A program made the translations under genes and the position numbers. 64,000 nt of DNA, taken from Patescibacteria group bacterium. Its GTDB lineage: Bacteria > Patescibacteriota > Patescibacteriia > UBA9570 > JAHJKD01. Where the stretch lies: assembly GCA_043798935.1 (NCBI GenBank), contig JAZDOC010000017.1, forward strand, positions 64,381 through 128,380, written 5' to 3'. Positions 29,701-37,174 of the stretch are shown here, piece after piece. Within the stretch, counting starts at the first letter, position 1; each line of letters starts with the position of its first letter. Under the pieces are notes generated by a model. That model had not been told where the DNA came from. It did not search any database and worked only from the letters and a program-made list of their open reading frames with translations.

Positions 29701-32700
29701 GATGGTCTGGTTATATTGGTAATGAAAAAGTACAAGTGAAACAATATGATAATCAATATGGTGATAATGAGAGTATAGACATTAATAATGTGCTTAAAGC
29801 ATCGGGCGCCATGACTTCTGCTGGCGAAAACATCGGGTTAAAATATGATTTAAGCACAAATATTCAAAATAATGGATATTATGCCTTGTCTTTTAAAGGT
29901 CTTTATACTAGCAATTATTATAACGCCAATTCTGACAAACCAAGTTCAATTAGCGTGGGTTTGCGACATAATAACATAGTCACCGACGGCACTGATACTG
30001 AAACGCAAAATATTGATTGGTTTATTCAGGGTGCGGGCATGGCCGATGTGGTGTTTGTAATCGACAGTTCAAGTTCAATGAGCGGTTATATGGCTGGTGT
30101 AAAAACTGCGGCTACTGATTTAGCATCTCAGCTTCAAGCAGTCGGCATTGGCGCTAAATTTGCCATTGTTGATATGGACTATTTATCTTCATCATTATCT
30201 GGTCCTTATGAAAGGGGACAGGAATACAACAATGTTAATACATTAGATCTTGATTTAACAGATAATTTAAGCACATTTGGTAATTATATAGATACTTACA
30301 TTCAAGCAGCGCAAGCCCAAGTTGATCCTTTTGCTGCTGTTCAACAAGTAATAAACAACGATTTAACTTTAGTAGATCCTCTTGGCCCGCTTGATAGTTC
30401 AGAAATATCATACCGCGACGCATCGGAAAAAATAATTATTGTAGTTACTGATACTTATGATGAATATGTGGAGTATGATAGTCGCGATACCTCAAGTTAT
30501 GCTGGTGCTTATGATTTAGAAAACAATATTCCTTATGATGGTTATTATGCCGACTTCTTAAATAGTTCCGGATTTACCGTTTATACTATCACTACGCCAA
30601 CCATGTATAATTATGGCGATTATAATGATCTAGCTTCTTATTCTGGCGGTGCAGTTTATGATACGCTTTCTACTACAACGGCCAACTGGACTGCTACAAT
30701 TCTAGACATTTCTGATCGCATTATTGCCAATGCTGATGTATTCCAATTTTCGCAGAGCTTAGATAGCTTCGCTTTCGGACCAATTAAAGTAGTTGAAAAA
30801 AATCCTTGCACTGATAGCGATTGCGACCCGGTTGAAAATGTAGCTTCAGGTGAACTCGTCACATCAGACTTAATCTTTGTTAGCAATGACGGTATGTCGT
30901 TTGAAATTGACGACGTTTTTTTACTACCGGTGCTTGAAGTAAATAAAAATTTAAACCCGATTAGCCGATCTTGCCGAGCCTACGCTAAAGATGGAGATAA
31001 AGAGTGTGTTTATACTGAACCAAATGGCGTACAGCACAAAGGTTGGAGAGGATATTGTCTTGAAGCTGACCCGGAAAATAGTAGCCGTTGTATTACTTGG
31101 TGGCCGCTTGATGTAATTGCGGGCGAATCTACCATGTACACGCGTGAACGTGGCGGGTATAGTGGTCGATCCAATGTTTATATGTGTTTAGCCGCTAAAG
31201 GTTATGAACGCCCTGGTTTTTGTAGTGGCACTGATGTTGAGGGAAATGATTATGATAATTTAGCTCCTGGCGATGGTGTATTATGCCAACCAGGAAGTTG
31301 GGATGATACAATGGGTCGAAGTAACACATGTGGTGCTGGTGGTTTAAGCAGATGTTTTTATGGCGCTGAAGATGTAATTTCTGAAGAGTATAGCCGTGAT
31401 GGAGGTTTTGTATGTGATGTTTTATTAGCCGCAATGATTTTTGAGTGCGGAGAGAGTTATTTAATAACTGGCGGTTTAACAATTTCGGCTAATCCTTTAT
31501 GTACAGCGGCAATTACAGCTTATTCTCTAGAGTGTTTAGCCGGCTCTGGAGGAGATAATATAGACAATACTTATACAGAAAAATTTATTCATGATCCCGG
31601 TATCTGCCAAGTACAAGATGATGATGATTTACAAACAGATTGTGGAGCATACCCTTCAGAAAATACCTGGGTATGTTCTACCGATACTATTACCAATCAA
31701 GATGAGTGTGAAGAAAGCGGTGCAACATGGAGCTTGGCAAATATTAATGTCTTCGACAGTAATATAACTTATACTGGCAAATGTATTTATTATAATAATT
31801 ATGAGGACTATGGAGATGATCAAGATTTATCTGCCACACATACTTATTGTTTTTATGATGGAAATGAAGACGGTATTACTGAAATTAGAAGCACCTTTGA
31901 TTGTAATAGCGACAGTGTATGTCAAATTAGCCCTACTGTTACTGGCAAGCAGTGCGCACCCATGCAATGTGTGGGCACGAATTCTACACCATGCAGTCCG
32001 GCTTCCTGTGATGACCGATATGGTGCGTTGGTATTAAAGGGTTTACAAGCAGTTGCTAATACTCTTGATCCGTCAGGTTATACTGCTCAAGTACTTCCCG
32101 GTCTATTAACACATAATTGTGAACCAGAAGAAGCTTGCGGACAGCCGACCACTTTGCATAATAATACTAACAATTACGGTTTAGTGACTCGCAGTTGGCA
32201 GATGTATGATCCGTATCATATAAATTTAAGTGAGAAAAACTATGGTGTTATTTCCAAATTAGAAGCTAATGTGGCCGAAAAAAATATTAATATTAGTGAA
32301 ATCGAAAGTATCGATATTTTCTTGGGTGATGCCGGTAAAGGTAGCGGTGGTGATGAAGAAGCATTATTCTGGGGGCAAGGCGGTAGCGATAGTGATGGAC
32401 CTTTTAAGGATGACAATGGCACTATTACAATTACTGATTTAGCGGCGGGTTCAATTCCCGAAGAAGGCGCTGATGGTAGTAGCGACGGCCCGTGGTCGCA
32501 TTGTATGGGTGTTGACCAAGGTTCAATTGAAGGTGCAGGTTGTTGGTGGTGGGGTCAGTACGATAGCCGTGGAAAAGCCGATAAAGTTGGCGTTTATACC
32601 TCTGATGGAAATCCGATTAACGACGACAGTACTTATGATTTAGTATATGTCTGGGGTTGGAGTGATTTCATGAAGCATGATAGTGGCTGTAATGGTACCG

Positions 32701-34400
32701 GTACCGATCCTGATCAGCCGGACGAGTATTTTCAAACTATGAATAGCGATGGAAATAATAAGTATTTCTTAGATAGTAAGTGTATGGACAATGCCATTGC
32801 TTATGTAATGAATGGTGGTAAAGGCGGCACTACTAGCAGTGGTAATAACCCGTGGAATTATGTTGGTGGCGCTTTAGAAGATTTAAGTGAGGATGGCAAT
32901 GATGCTGTTGGTTTCGAGAGACCTGGTGGATGGGAAGGTTTCGGAAATGAAGATGGTAGCAATACTCATCATGGTGGAGCAATTTACAGTATTTGGTTGG
33001 ATTTTGATGGTGATGGATTCTTAAAAGATATTTATACCATGGTTTATGATGGCGCTGATGGCATTGATGATAGTATTTATGGAGTAGAAATTACGCGTGA
33101 TGCCATGATTTCCATGAAATATAATTTACGCGAAACTTGTGCTTTGGTTGCACCAGTAGTTAGCCCCAGCGGTGATAATTATGCCTGGGCCAACCGTGCC
33201 AGTTGTTTAGGTGCTACTAATTACGATAATGTTGGTTTTTATTGCGATGATACTACCGAGCCTTGGGGTTCAATCGCGCCCATGGACGGATCCATTAATG
33301 CATCTTGGGATAGTATTGATGAATATGATGATACCACAACTAATCCATATAAAATGACAGCTTATGGCCAACAACCGTTTTTCTTCTACGATTCTAAGGA
33401 TAAGGGAGTTGTCACAGCCGGCAAGCCTTATTCATGTATCGGCCAATGTGAAAATAGTTATTGCCAAGGAGATAAATCTTACAATGGTGAGCCTTGCGAC
33501 AGCGCTAATGATTGCGGTGATGGTTTTTGCGTGGGCGCCGGCACGGATATAAACGATAATATCAGTGGCATTGGTTTATATCCGGAAAGCGCGAGCGGTG
33601 ATGATTATAATACTTATCATTTTACAAGTTATGCTGATCAGCTGGATTATGTGGCTGACAATGCACAGAATAAATTAAATAAGTTATTTGCTGATACAAT
33701 GGGGCCGGCTTATTATGTAGATTATGCACCACTTGATGAAATATACGGTATTTATCATCAAGACGCAGATAATGCTTTTTGGGACAAACAATCATTTATA
33801 GACATGCCTGAATGCGTGGGCGACCGCGATACTTCAACCATTAGCGCATCAGCTCTTGATTATTGCGGTGTGCGCCCAACAATTTCTGATATTTATCTAG
33901 ATGGCCACAGCGCTAATACATTAACCGCGACCGGTGTGTCTTACTACTCAATTTATAAAGGCCAAGCCGTAAAGCTTACTTTTAATTCCTCGGCCGATGT
34001 TGAACAAATACCCGTGCATAAAGTAATGATCGATTGGGGTGACGGTCGGGTGACGAACCAAACCTGGGACGCTTTGCCGGGCGAACATGTTTATACACAC
34101 GCTTATGGTTGCGGTCCAGAATATGCCAACTTTATGTATTCGTATAAACCGGGTGAGGCATGCTATTATAAAGGGGCGATCACAATTACCGATAATTGGA
34201 ACTGGTGTTCGGGTGCCACTAAAACCGGCACTTGCAGTGATAACACTTATAAATTCGAGCGCACTTGCAGGGCCGCTAGCGAAACCTGGACCGAAGACGA
34301 CAGCGATTACAGATTCTTTGAAGAAGATGGATCAGACATTATGGCCAATTGCGGCAGTCTGGATTATTTCCCCATGATTATTAAAGTCACTGAAGAATAA
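20772..34400 (+). CDS. Giant 4542-aa secreted/surface Cys-rich protein. It has two von Willebrand factor A domains, a thrombospondin type-3-like Ca-binding repeat block and a C-terminal PKD-like motif.
   Basis: It is a single uninterrupted 13.6 kb ORF with an N-terminal signal/TM (IIISLLLISTVLLSISGIFYPKTTYA). The vWA MIDAS motifs are DIVFVIDNSAG (nt 26892) and DVVFVIDSSSSMSG (nt 30045). The TSP3-like block DRDTDGDGIDIDDDACS...DSDGCLDDEDGDGVSDCVDEC...DTDSNGCIDDTDDDGILDDADTDIDADG spans nt ~27718-27990. The PKD-like motif is IDWGDGRVTNQTWDALPGEHVYTHAYG (nt ~34029). Cysteines are very abundant. Confidence 0.8.
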   Translation: MPTLLKHKKIIISLLLISTVLLSISGIFYPKTTYAFPAEITTQGPDWQIKNIKEVILKKLQDIGYGMYRNAMNAFLGRAAYDLATAIATGGTGQQPLMFTETPGAYVRDLADAAAGAAIETFATDLGFDAAAICHPTNPEFKIKLGLDLEGLFGGESYYKPVCTFSEFQDNWNDFFQDPEFDKFVSAQWDPKVNPLGQALSAIDYVQAQYDDATKQAELERLVSGSFKDLKDLGGHITSPGSLIEKQWGITQETSFEGLKSLGSPLADAANIFSNTLFTKLSKRVQQGLVSITSLNLSSLIAGSSGGTTSGIKAAQATYTSFNQPNFVTTGSYDVLADLAICPEASASTSENCVIGSTMQTAIENKWTVNEFVDYLSEVQGNSEFRFSQDNIGSPEEGITYRGILVLKKYRIVPVGWQLAAEFIRSEKTTQEPTLKQLMDCYDACGAEGSQGECQYILENTTYSPFCKLVDPSWVLKAPEYYCEREAPGSSIVYDEFYDTDGMSQTQETRTIGRAQECVDERGCIQEQVENICTAYGYCSAEKRIYRSDGDVCDAAYASCQSFEVKEEGDVLEGQTVSYLKYDLNYGDCATDPGCKWYCLAQDAGGSYICKDQDTVYNVCDNSDSTYYTAESCTCETQESCWVNAGSGSEDDRYRTCSLGYCAEDSTINLKSDCDAISGTWVGSGATCNLGDNCGETSPYYSHTNEQCYCSVQNSCDIYVDTDGDGYTSGSTSSCIYTYDSGEAINCSLSADCSADNETYSSQGYCKAYDAGDNTCIVQSGAGSCINDLGNTCTFGYCVNDDGGYESDGMLDCADDGFTWLTTACTSDIADVPDASGINKYCTCNLGDADICEVSEGGYSCTTDSGTKQILGTEEEADIVPDAPDLVYNVSINLDHNAAECDSENAGCNLYYRVLSDTNLLYNATFQTIYTAGGDEVDDEFDNQDRFGFYAITGQGCLIDDATAGGCIGWQQHGVSAYAISGNGDTYNHPDIINTYGQSIILPADTTGTGYISNTIDTGYELADRTFIFAYSGASDSSATPKFAVGSADGSYSITIPTSISSDETADYDYYNEDGSIISYSTTYQDYYYTFTFPNSVTDTAITVYIYASTEADVSIDVAQLTEASSWNGSYAGYGENNATYLYGQNVECEAEDIGCKLYTPLDQDDATAIPAQITNPYSTVCGSGSDFSNINCNQCNNIDTELGQEDYYVGCDFYQEMPLTNNFPVASDPTSWTLSDVTERLAVAQRTGYYCADTTISCFPGDPDGYCASPLDCVNNVSLIPDTGLSCSASAVGCEEYTNLDTVSSGGEGLEYYSFIKQCVKDTDDNAYTFHTWEGSDTDGYAMVLYNLKASNIEEDGSVCTDGICPPCTHLDPEVEDPNAECLDSTDPTSLYYVEDCTAVYGTDPDCVKLYDDELNTYYRYASQTVTVSADCLALRNTLDQRVYYSMLDESTTCSAADAGCREYQGSDSGAVEQIVNEVYDENSTDNWTGAISTSNESLFTDDYSLRLDSGTPDDDPSLDATTANTITYNLYTTTTGSDGETVYYSDVDAGATYIATFWAKGDGALNISLNGASLSDTYYFTETGSELGSATSTDRDIAISDSWTYYILGPINLPAGEDTDDAALVLNYTGSTSSSAGYIDNVVIEKNSSQYLVKGSFDSCYDYEGCRRYRDNDRDTNYLKSFKRLCEDSAVNCEAMFNTSNSTNEFTEIFLTTNEYSTDDVVVPYDQIQPVIYNSDETCSSTNKGCTAVALPDINEQTGLISSLDTVYRVLDPDKYSVSLCEDPHLQCKEYYSDYDGTVYFKDPGDRTCDYKTYTNSDGASVYGWFIKDSEATSPNCPKMYEYDDPSQPMGSVCNSNSLTKTGDKCNNDYDCYPDGWYSGMPTPRCISRVEDDIDQDAANGYSLDRNKNFGWVGTCDEQNSGCSEYIDPNSPNIEEAIRNSGFENNVKNNVTGIYYTGGGTEEDLPDYWTPVDNGEPDEETTITTSTITPTSYTVSALSSVIERTISASSPSTGTPRSGGELPGRGEIVGPSSTSTDYDIVFVIDNSAGLEFYDNDLDDGDGSYSDFMDEDDVGCLPQGYGATCESYSDMETYIQNLADTVTGFSSELDSNGLTYKMAVVKASNPSDDWRPEVVQDMTSSVSDVVNTITDLGNNVSGHEEHIYEALNYSRGTYVESGYRFSISYDTGATRIVILLTDAYPSSDTPSSLGDSYTNSHGTSGVSWDSFDERPLKEDIGTGYTLYAIVSSNDRTVDYASTYYNPSGEATTILYTGTVYANEPAYDAIASYTGGAIYEIDTADYNTIFSSITDSIMADRDTDGDGIDIDDDACSTEDASSCDIDSDGCLDDEDGDGVSDCVDECLGSDASDYDTDSNGCIDDTDDDGILDDADTDIDADGIEERDLDEDWSSTTDGAEGTAECFQRDENRFKDGTNSLMMTGDCAIVSDYVPIERNKLYTLEAYFSIEEYGQYEGEDDDKYQDVSIGAYFVKYNEDRNTWEYVEATDAQTYFVADNLTVTPTDYEQSDDFSTDTSDQDLYSKWLKVSGNIGIGSDVEIPEDAEFVRIYLEAKNHGDVLSPWFDKNVWFDSVSFKENDKYFMIDSTVDGTDEREATDEVHTCIDQDTEEEAVTSDGGCVAFRDALKDSQYYVQFVTDGTCNSCSITPNSDSCRGVIDACDTNAILKVQKDRVCDEWVACETAEIIEDSSGSSKYTCFSLQPCNKINDEGKCISWVPKPVYEDLDTQTDITYYTAAGDTDQLYAMQNLTGYVKAGLTWSDYKMCNGGINAGNYCTSNDDCLDVGTCESEVIDLPDEDGGLGMDIIQFVCLGGSKNGEDCASSSAFGLSGDDSLCEGDWDGACNLPLIVEGYYPYGWMYEAGEAGSEYGVELIEYNNFENLYCAGNKIKNRIPCISNSYESEIGSHCWSANLEVYQSDEDPNNDPVEGTSGEDNKSADYYCANSTEWSEFPFSQPAEYTETGWSGYIGNEKVQVKQYDNQYGDNESIDINNVLKASGAMTSAGENIGLKYDLSTNIQNNGYYALSFKGLYTSNYYNANSDKPSSISVGLRHNNIVTDGTDTETQNIDWFIQGAGMADVVFVIDSSSSMSGYMAGVKTAATDLASQLQAVGIGAKFAIVDMDYLSSSLSGPYERGQEYNNVNTLDLDLTDNLSTFGNYIDTYIQAAQAQVDPFAAVQQVINNDLTLVDPLGPLDSSEISYRDASEKIIIVVTDTYDEYVEYDSRDTSSYAGAYDLENNIPYDGYYADFLNSSGFTVYTITTPTMYNYGDYNDLASYSGGAVYDTLSTTTANWTATILDISDRIIANADVFQFSQSLDSFAFGPIKVVEKNPCTDSDCDPVENVASGELVTSDLIFVSNDGMSFEIDDVFLLPVLEVNKNLNPISRSCRAYAKDGDKECVYTEPNGVQHKGWRGYCLEADPENSSRCITWWPLDVIAGESTMYTRERGGYSGRSNVYMCLAAKGYERPGFCSGTDVEGNDYDNLAPGDGVLCQPGSWDDTMGRSNTCGAGGLSRCFYGAEDVISEEYSRDGGFVCDVLLAAMIFECGESYLITGGLTISANPLCTAAITAYSLECLAGSGGDNIDNTYTEKFIHDPGICQVQDDDDLQTDCGAYPSENTWVCSTDTITNQDECEESGATWSLANINVFDSNITYTGKCIYYNNYEDYGDDQDLSATHTYCFYDGNEDGITEIRSTFDCNSDSVCQISPTVTGKQCAPMQCVGTNSTPCSPASCDDRYGALVLKGLQAVANTLDPSGYTAQVLPGLLTHNCEPEEACGQPTTLHNNTNNYGLVTRSWQMYDPYHINLSEKNYGVISKLEANVAEKNINISEIESIDIFLGDAGKGSGGDEEALFWGQGGSDSDGPFKDDNGTITITDLAAGSIPEEGADGSSDGPWSHCMGVDQGSIEGAGCWWWGQYDSRGKADKVGVYTSDGNPINDDSTYDLVYVWGWSDFMKHDSGCNGTGTDPDQPDEYFQTMNSDGNNKYFLDSKCMDNAIAYVMNGGKGGTTSSGNNPWNYVGGALEDLSEDGNDAVGFERPGGWEGFGNEDGSNTHHGGAIYSIWLDFDGDGFLKDIYTMVYDGADGIDDSIYGVEITRDAMISMKYNLRETCALVAPVVSPSGDNYAWANRASCLGATNYDNVGFYCDDTTEPWGSIAPMDGSINASWDSIDEYDDTTTNPYKMTAYGQQPFFFYDSKDKGVVTAGKPYSCIGQCENSYCQGDKSYNGEPCDSANDCGDGFCVGAGTDINDNISGIGLYPESASGDDYNTYHFTSYADQLDYVADNAQNKLNKLFADTMGPAYYVDYAPLDEIYGIYHQDADNAFWDKQSFIDMPECVGDRDTSTISASALDYCGVRPTISDIYLDGHSANTLTATGVSYYSIYKGQAVKLTFNSSADVEQIPVHKVMIDWGDGRVTNQTWDALPGEHVYTHAYGCGPEYANFMYSYKPGEACYYKGAITITDNWNWCSGATKTGTCSDNTYKFERTCRAASETWTEDDSDYRFFEEDGSDIMANCGSLDYFPMIIKVTEE

Positions 34401-34409
34401 AATTTTTAT

Positions 34410-37157
34410 ATGAGAAATTTTTTAGCCAAATTAAAAAAAATATTTATTACAAAGCCGATTTATGCCTTATTCGCTGTTTCTATTATTAGCATCGGCTTAA
34501 TTTTTCCCATATCATCATGGGCTCTGGATCCGGTTGCTTGGGTGGCTGATAGCATAACAGTTGATTTGGCTCGAATTTTAGTTTGGCTGATGTACATGCT
34601 TTTTATTTTTATTGCTGGCCAGCTCGGAACTTGGCTTACTGGCATGATGGTGTGGGCTTCCGGGTTTACGGGTTTTACAAATATCAGCGTGGTCACTGAA
34701 ACTTGGATGGTGGTTAGAGATTTATGTAATCTGCTTTTTATTGTCATGTTATTAATCATTGCATTTGCTACCATACTGCAGATTGAATCCTACTCATACA
34801 AAAAATTACTGCCAAAATTAATAATTGTGGTATTACTTATAAATTTCAGCCAGATGATTTGCGGTCTTGCGGTAGACGCGGCCCAGGTGGTAATGCTTAC
34901 TTTTGTAAATGCTTATAGCGGAGCCGCTAAACAAGGTTTTTATCAATTATTCCAGCTAAAAGATCTAGTAGATTTAGGATGGGATAAAGAAATAGATGCC
35001 GTCAGTACAGTTGCCGGCGCAAATGGCAAGAAAAATTGGCAGAACATGGATTATTTGCTAGCCGTATTTGCTTCGGGCGTAATGCTTACGCTAATCTGCG
35101 TAATCATGATAACAATATTTTTAACTTTAGTTGCCAGAATCGTCTTTATTTGGACGCTTACTATATTGTCTCCATTAGCTTTTGTCGCTTCAATTCTTCC
35201 TATTACTCAAAAATATTATCAGCGTTGGCTGTCTATGTTTGGTCGGTATATTGCGGTTGGTCCACTGCTGGCTTTTTTTGTCTGGTTGGCTTTATTTGTT
35301 GTGGTTAAAGCTGGGGATAGCGGTATATCTAGTCAACTAACTATACCTGGCTCCGGGCTTGTGGACGGTCCTAGTAACCTGACTGTAACTAAAGCGCTTG
35401 AGCCGGATGTTTTTATTAATTTTACCATTGGCTGCATGATGCTAATGATTGGCATTAAACTCGCGCAGGAAATGTCCTCGGAAATTAGCGGCATGGTCAG
35501 TAAAATTGCCGACATGCCGAAAAATGCCGCCAAGTGGTATGCCACCCGGCCGTATGCTTTGGGTAGATGGGGTGTTGGAAAAGCTTGGGGCGGTGTCAAA
35601 AAAGAAGCATTGGCTCGGGCCTCTTTATTGAATTCTCAAATATATGCTAAAACCGGTATTCAACTCAATCCGGCAAAGCGTTTGGAAGGAAAGCTTCGCG
35701 AAATAAACGAGGAAACACACTTAAATGAAGTAAAAGGCGAAATAGGTGGATTAGATCATATTGGAAGAGGCGAAGGCATCAGAGGATGGGCGGGTGCGCC
35801 CGGTTCGTTTTGGCGTTATTCTGGTCCGTTAAAAATGTGGGGGCAAAAAGGCGATCAAAAAATGCAAGAAAAATTAGCTGTTAGAAAAAAAGAACTAGAA
35901 GAAAGTGAAAATTATAAAAAAAATGTTCAAAGCGCAGCTGACGCAAGAGATAGAGTGGTTAATGGACAAGAACCAGTTAAAACAACGGCTCAAAATAATC
36001 TGGAAACACTAGACAGAAAAGCACAGTTAAAAGCAATGATGGATAGCATGAAAAAACTCGATGGCAATATAGATCAAGAAAAAATTATTGGTGCTATTAA
36101 AAGTCTTGGTTTACAGGACTTATATATGAATGGCAATGCATTGAAAGATGACTTTTTATCTGATTTAGAGAATGTTGATACTGAAAGAGAAGAGCAAAGA
36201 ACAAGCATAAGAACTGCTGATGCAGAAATCGGAAAAGCTCATGAACAATACGAAAAGGCTATTGAAGCAGCCAAACCGCAAGAGTTAAAAGATATTAATA
36301 AACAGATGGAAGGACTTTCCTTTGTATTTGATCCACGTAAAATGAAATTGTTGCAAGAGCATACTACTAAAATGTCTGATGGTTATAAAACTATAAATGA
36401 TGGTGAAATAGTTGATATGTATCGTAGTTTAGTGAGAATGGGAAAACATAATGAAGCATTGGCCTTATATTATCATGCTGCTAAAGTGGGCCATGGTAAC
36501 GAAATATTGAAAGCAGAAAAATTGCCTGTTAACGGCGAAGGCTTAGACAAAATGGAAAAAAAGTTTAAAGATGCTGGTTTAGGTGAGCAATATGTAAGAA
36601 GTGTAATGAATATGGCTAGCCAAGCCGCTGAACATAACGGCCATAATGCAATTGCCAGATGGTATACTAGTGAACATGGCCAAATAAAGCGCATCAGCCA
36701 GGAAGAGCACGATTTAATTACTGCAATTGAAGCTAGTAAAGAAGGCATTAGAACCAACTTGAGCAATGGTAATCATATGCGTTGGGGCGAGTATGATGGT
36801 CAAAAGAATTGGTCAATGCAAAATGCAATGTTGCATATGTTAATTCGCGGCGTAGATAAAAATGTAGCTCATAGTATTGAACATGGTCATACGGTTATTG
36901 GAACAAATTTAGTTCATTCATTACGTAAAGAAATGGTAGAAACTGCCGCATTAATTGGTGCGGCAGAAAAAGAAGGCAATGGCCACGTTGTTAAAATTTT
37001 AACTGATATTATAGGAGCCGATAAACTTGCGCAAGTTAGGTCCACTCAGGGTGAAAAAATTGGACAATTAGTCCAAAGTAAGTTAGCAGCTGTTCATAGA
37101 ATAGATCATAGAATAACCCCAGACTCCTCGCATAGGTTTGGCGTTGGCATATCCTAG
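34410..37157 (+). CDS. Polytopic membrane protein of 915 aa, a candidate VirB6/TrbL-like T4SS channel component with a long hydrophilic coiled-coil C-terminal domain.
   Basis: About 8 predicted TM helices lie in the first ~350 aa, followed by ~550 aa that are hydrophilic and coiled-coil rich. The gene starts 10 nt after the giant gene. The assignment rests on topology, not sequence. Confidence 0.45.
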   Translation: MRNFLAKLKKIFITKPIYALFAVSIISIGLIFPISSWALDPVAWVADSITVDLARILVWLMYMLFIFIAGQLGTWLTGMMVWASGFTGFTNISVVTETWMVVRDLCNLLFIVMLLIIAFATILQIESYSYKKLLPKLIIVVLLINFSQMICGLAVDAAQVVMLTFVNAYSGAAKQGFYQLFQLKDLVDLGWDKEIDAVSTVAGANGKKNWQNMDYLLAVFASGVMLTLICVIMITIFLTLVARIVFIWTLTILSPLAFVASILPITQKYYQRWLSMFGRYIAVGPLLAFFVWLALFVVVKAGDSGISSQLTIPGSGLVDGPSNLTVTKALEPDVFINFTIGCMMLMIGIKLAQEMSSEISGMVSKIADMPKNAAKWYATRPYALGRWGVGKAWGGVKKEALARASLLNSQIYAKTGIQLNPAKRLEGKLREINEETHLNEVKGEIGGLDHIGRGEGIRGWAGAPGSFWRYSGPLKMWGQKGDQKMQEKLAVRKKELEESENYKKNVQSAADARDRVVNGQEPVKTTAQNNLETLDRKAQLKAMMDSMKKLDGNIDQEKIIGAIKSLGLQDLYMNGNALKDDFLSDLENVDTEREEQRTSIRTADAEIGKAHEQYEKAIEAAKPQELKDINKQMEGLSFVFDPRKMKLLQEHTTKMSDGYKTINDGEIVDMYRSLVRMGKHNEALALYYHAAKVGHGNEILKAEKLPVNGEGLDKMEKKFKDAGLGEQYVRSVMNMASQAAEHNGHNAIARWYTSEHGQIKRISQEEHDLITAIEASKEGIRTNLSNGNHMRWGEYDGQKNWSMQNAMLHMLIRGVDKNVAHSIEHGHTVIGTNLVHSLRKEMVETAALIGAAEKEGNGHVVKILTDIIGADKLAQVRSTQGEKIGQLVQSKLAAVHRIDHRITPDSSHRFGVGIS

Positions 37158-37174
37158 AATTAATATAAATTTTT

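Noticed and set aside
20772-34400. Many short internal ORFs on both strands inside the giant gene (for example 21106-21351, 22219-22512, 26678-26884, 31195-31482).
   Set aside because: They are embedded in a single continuous 13.6 kb frame with coherent domain motifs. They are out-of-frame artefacts.
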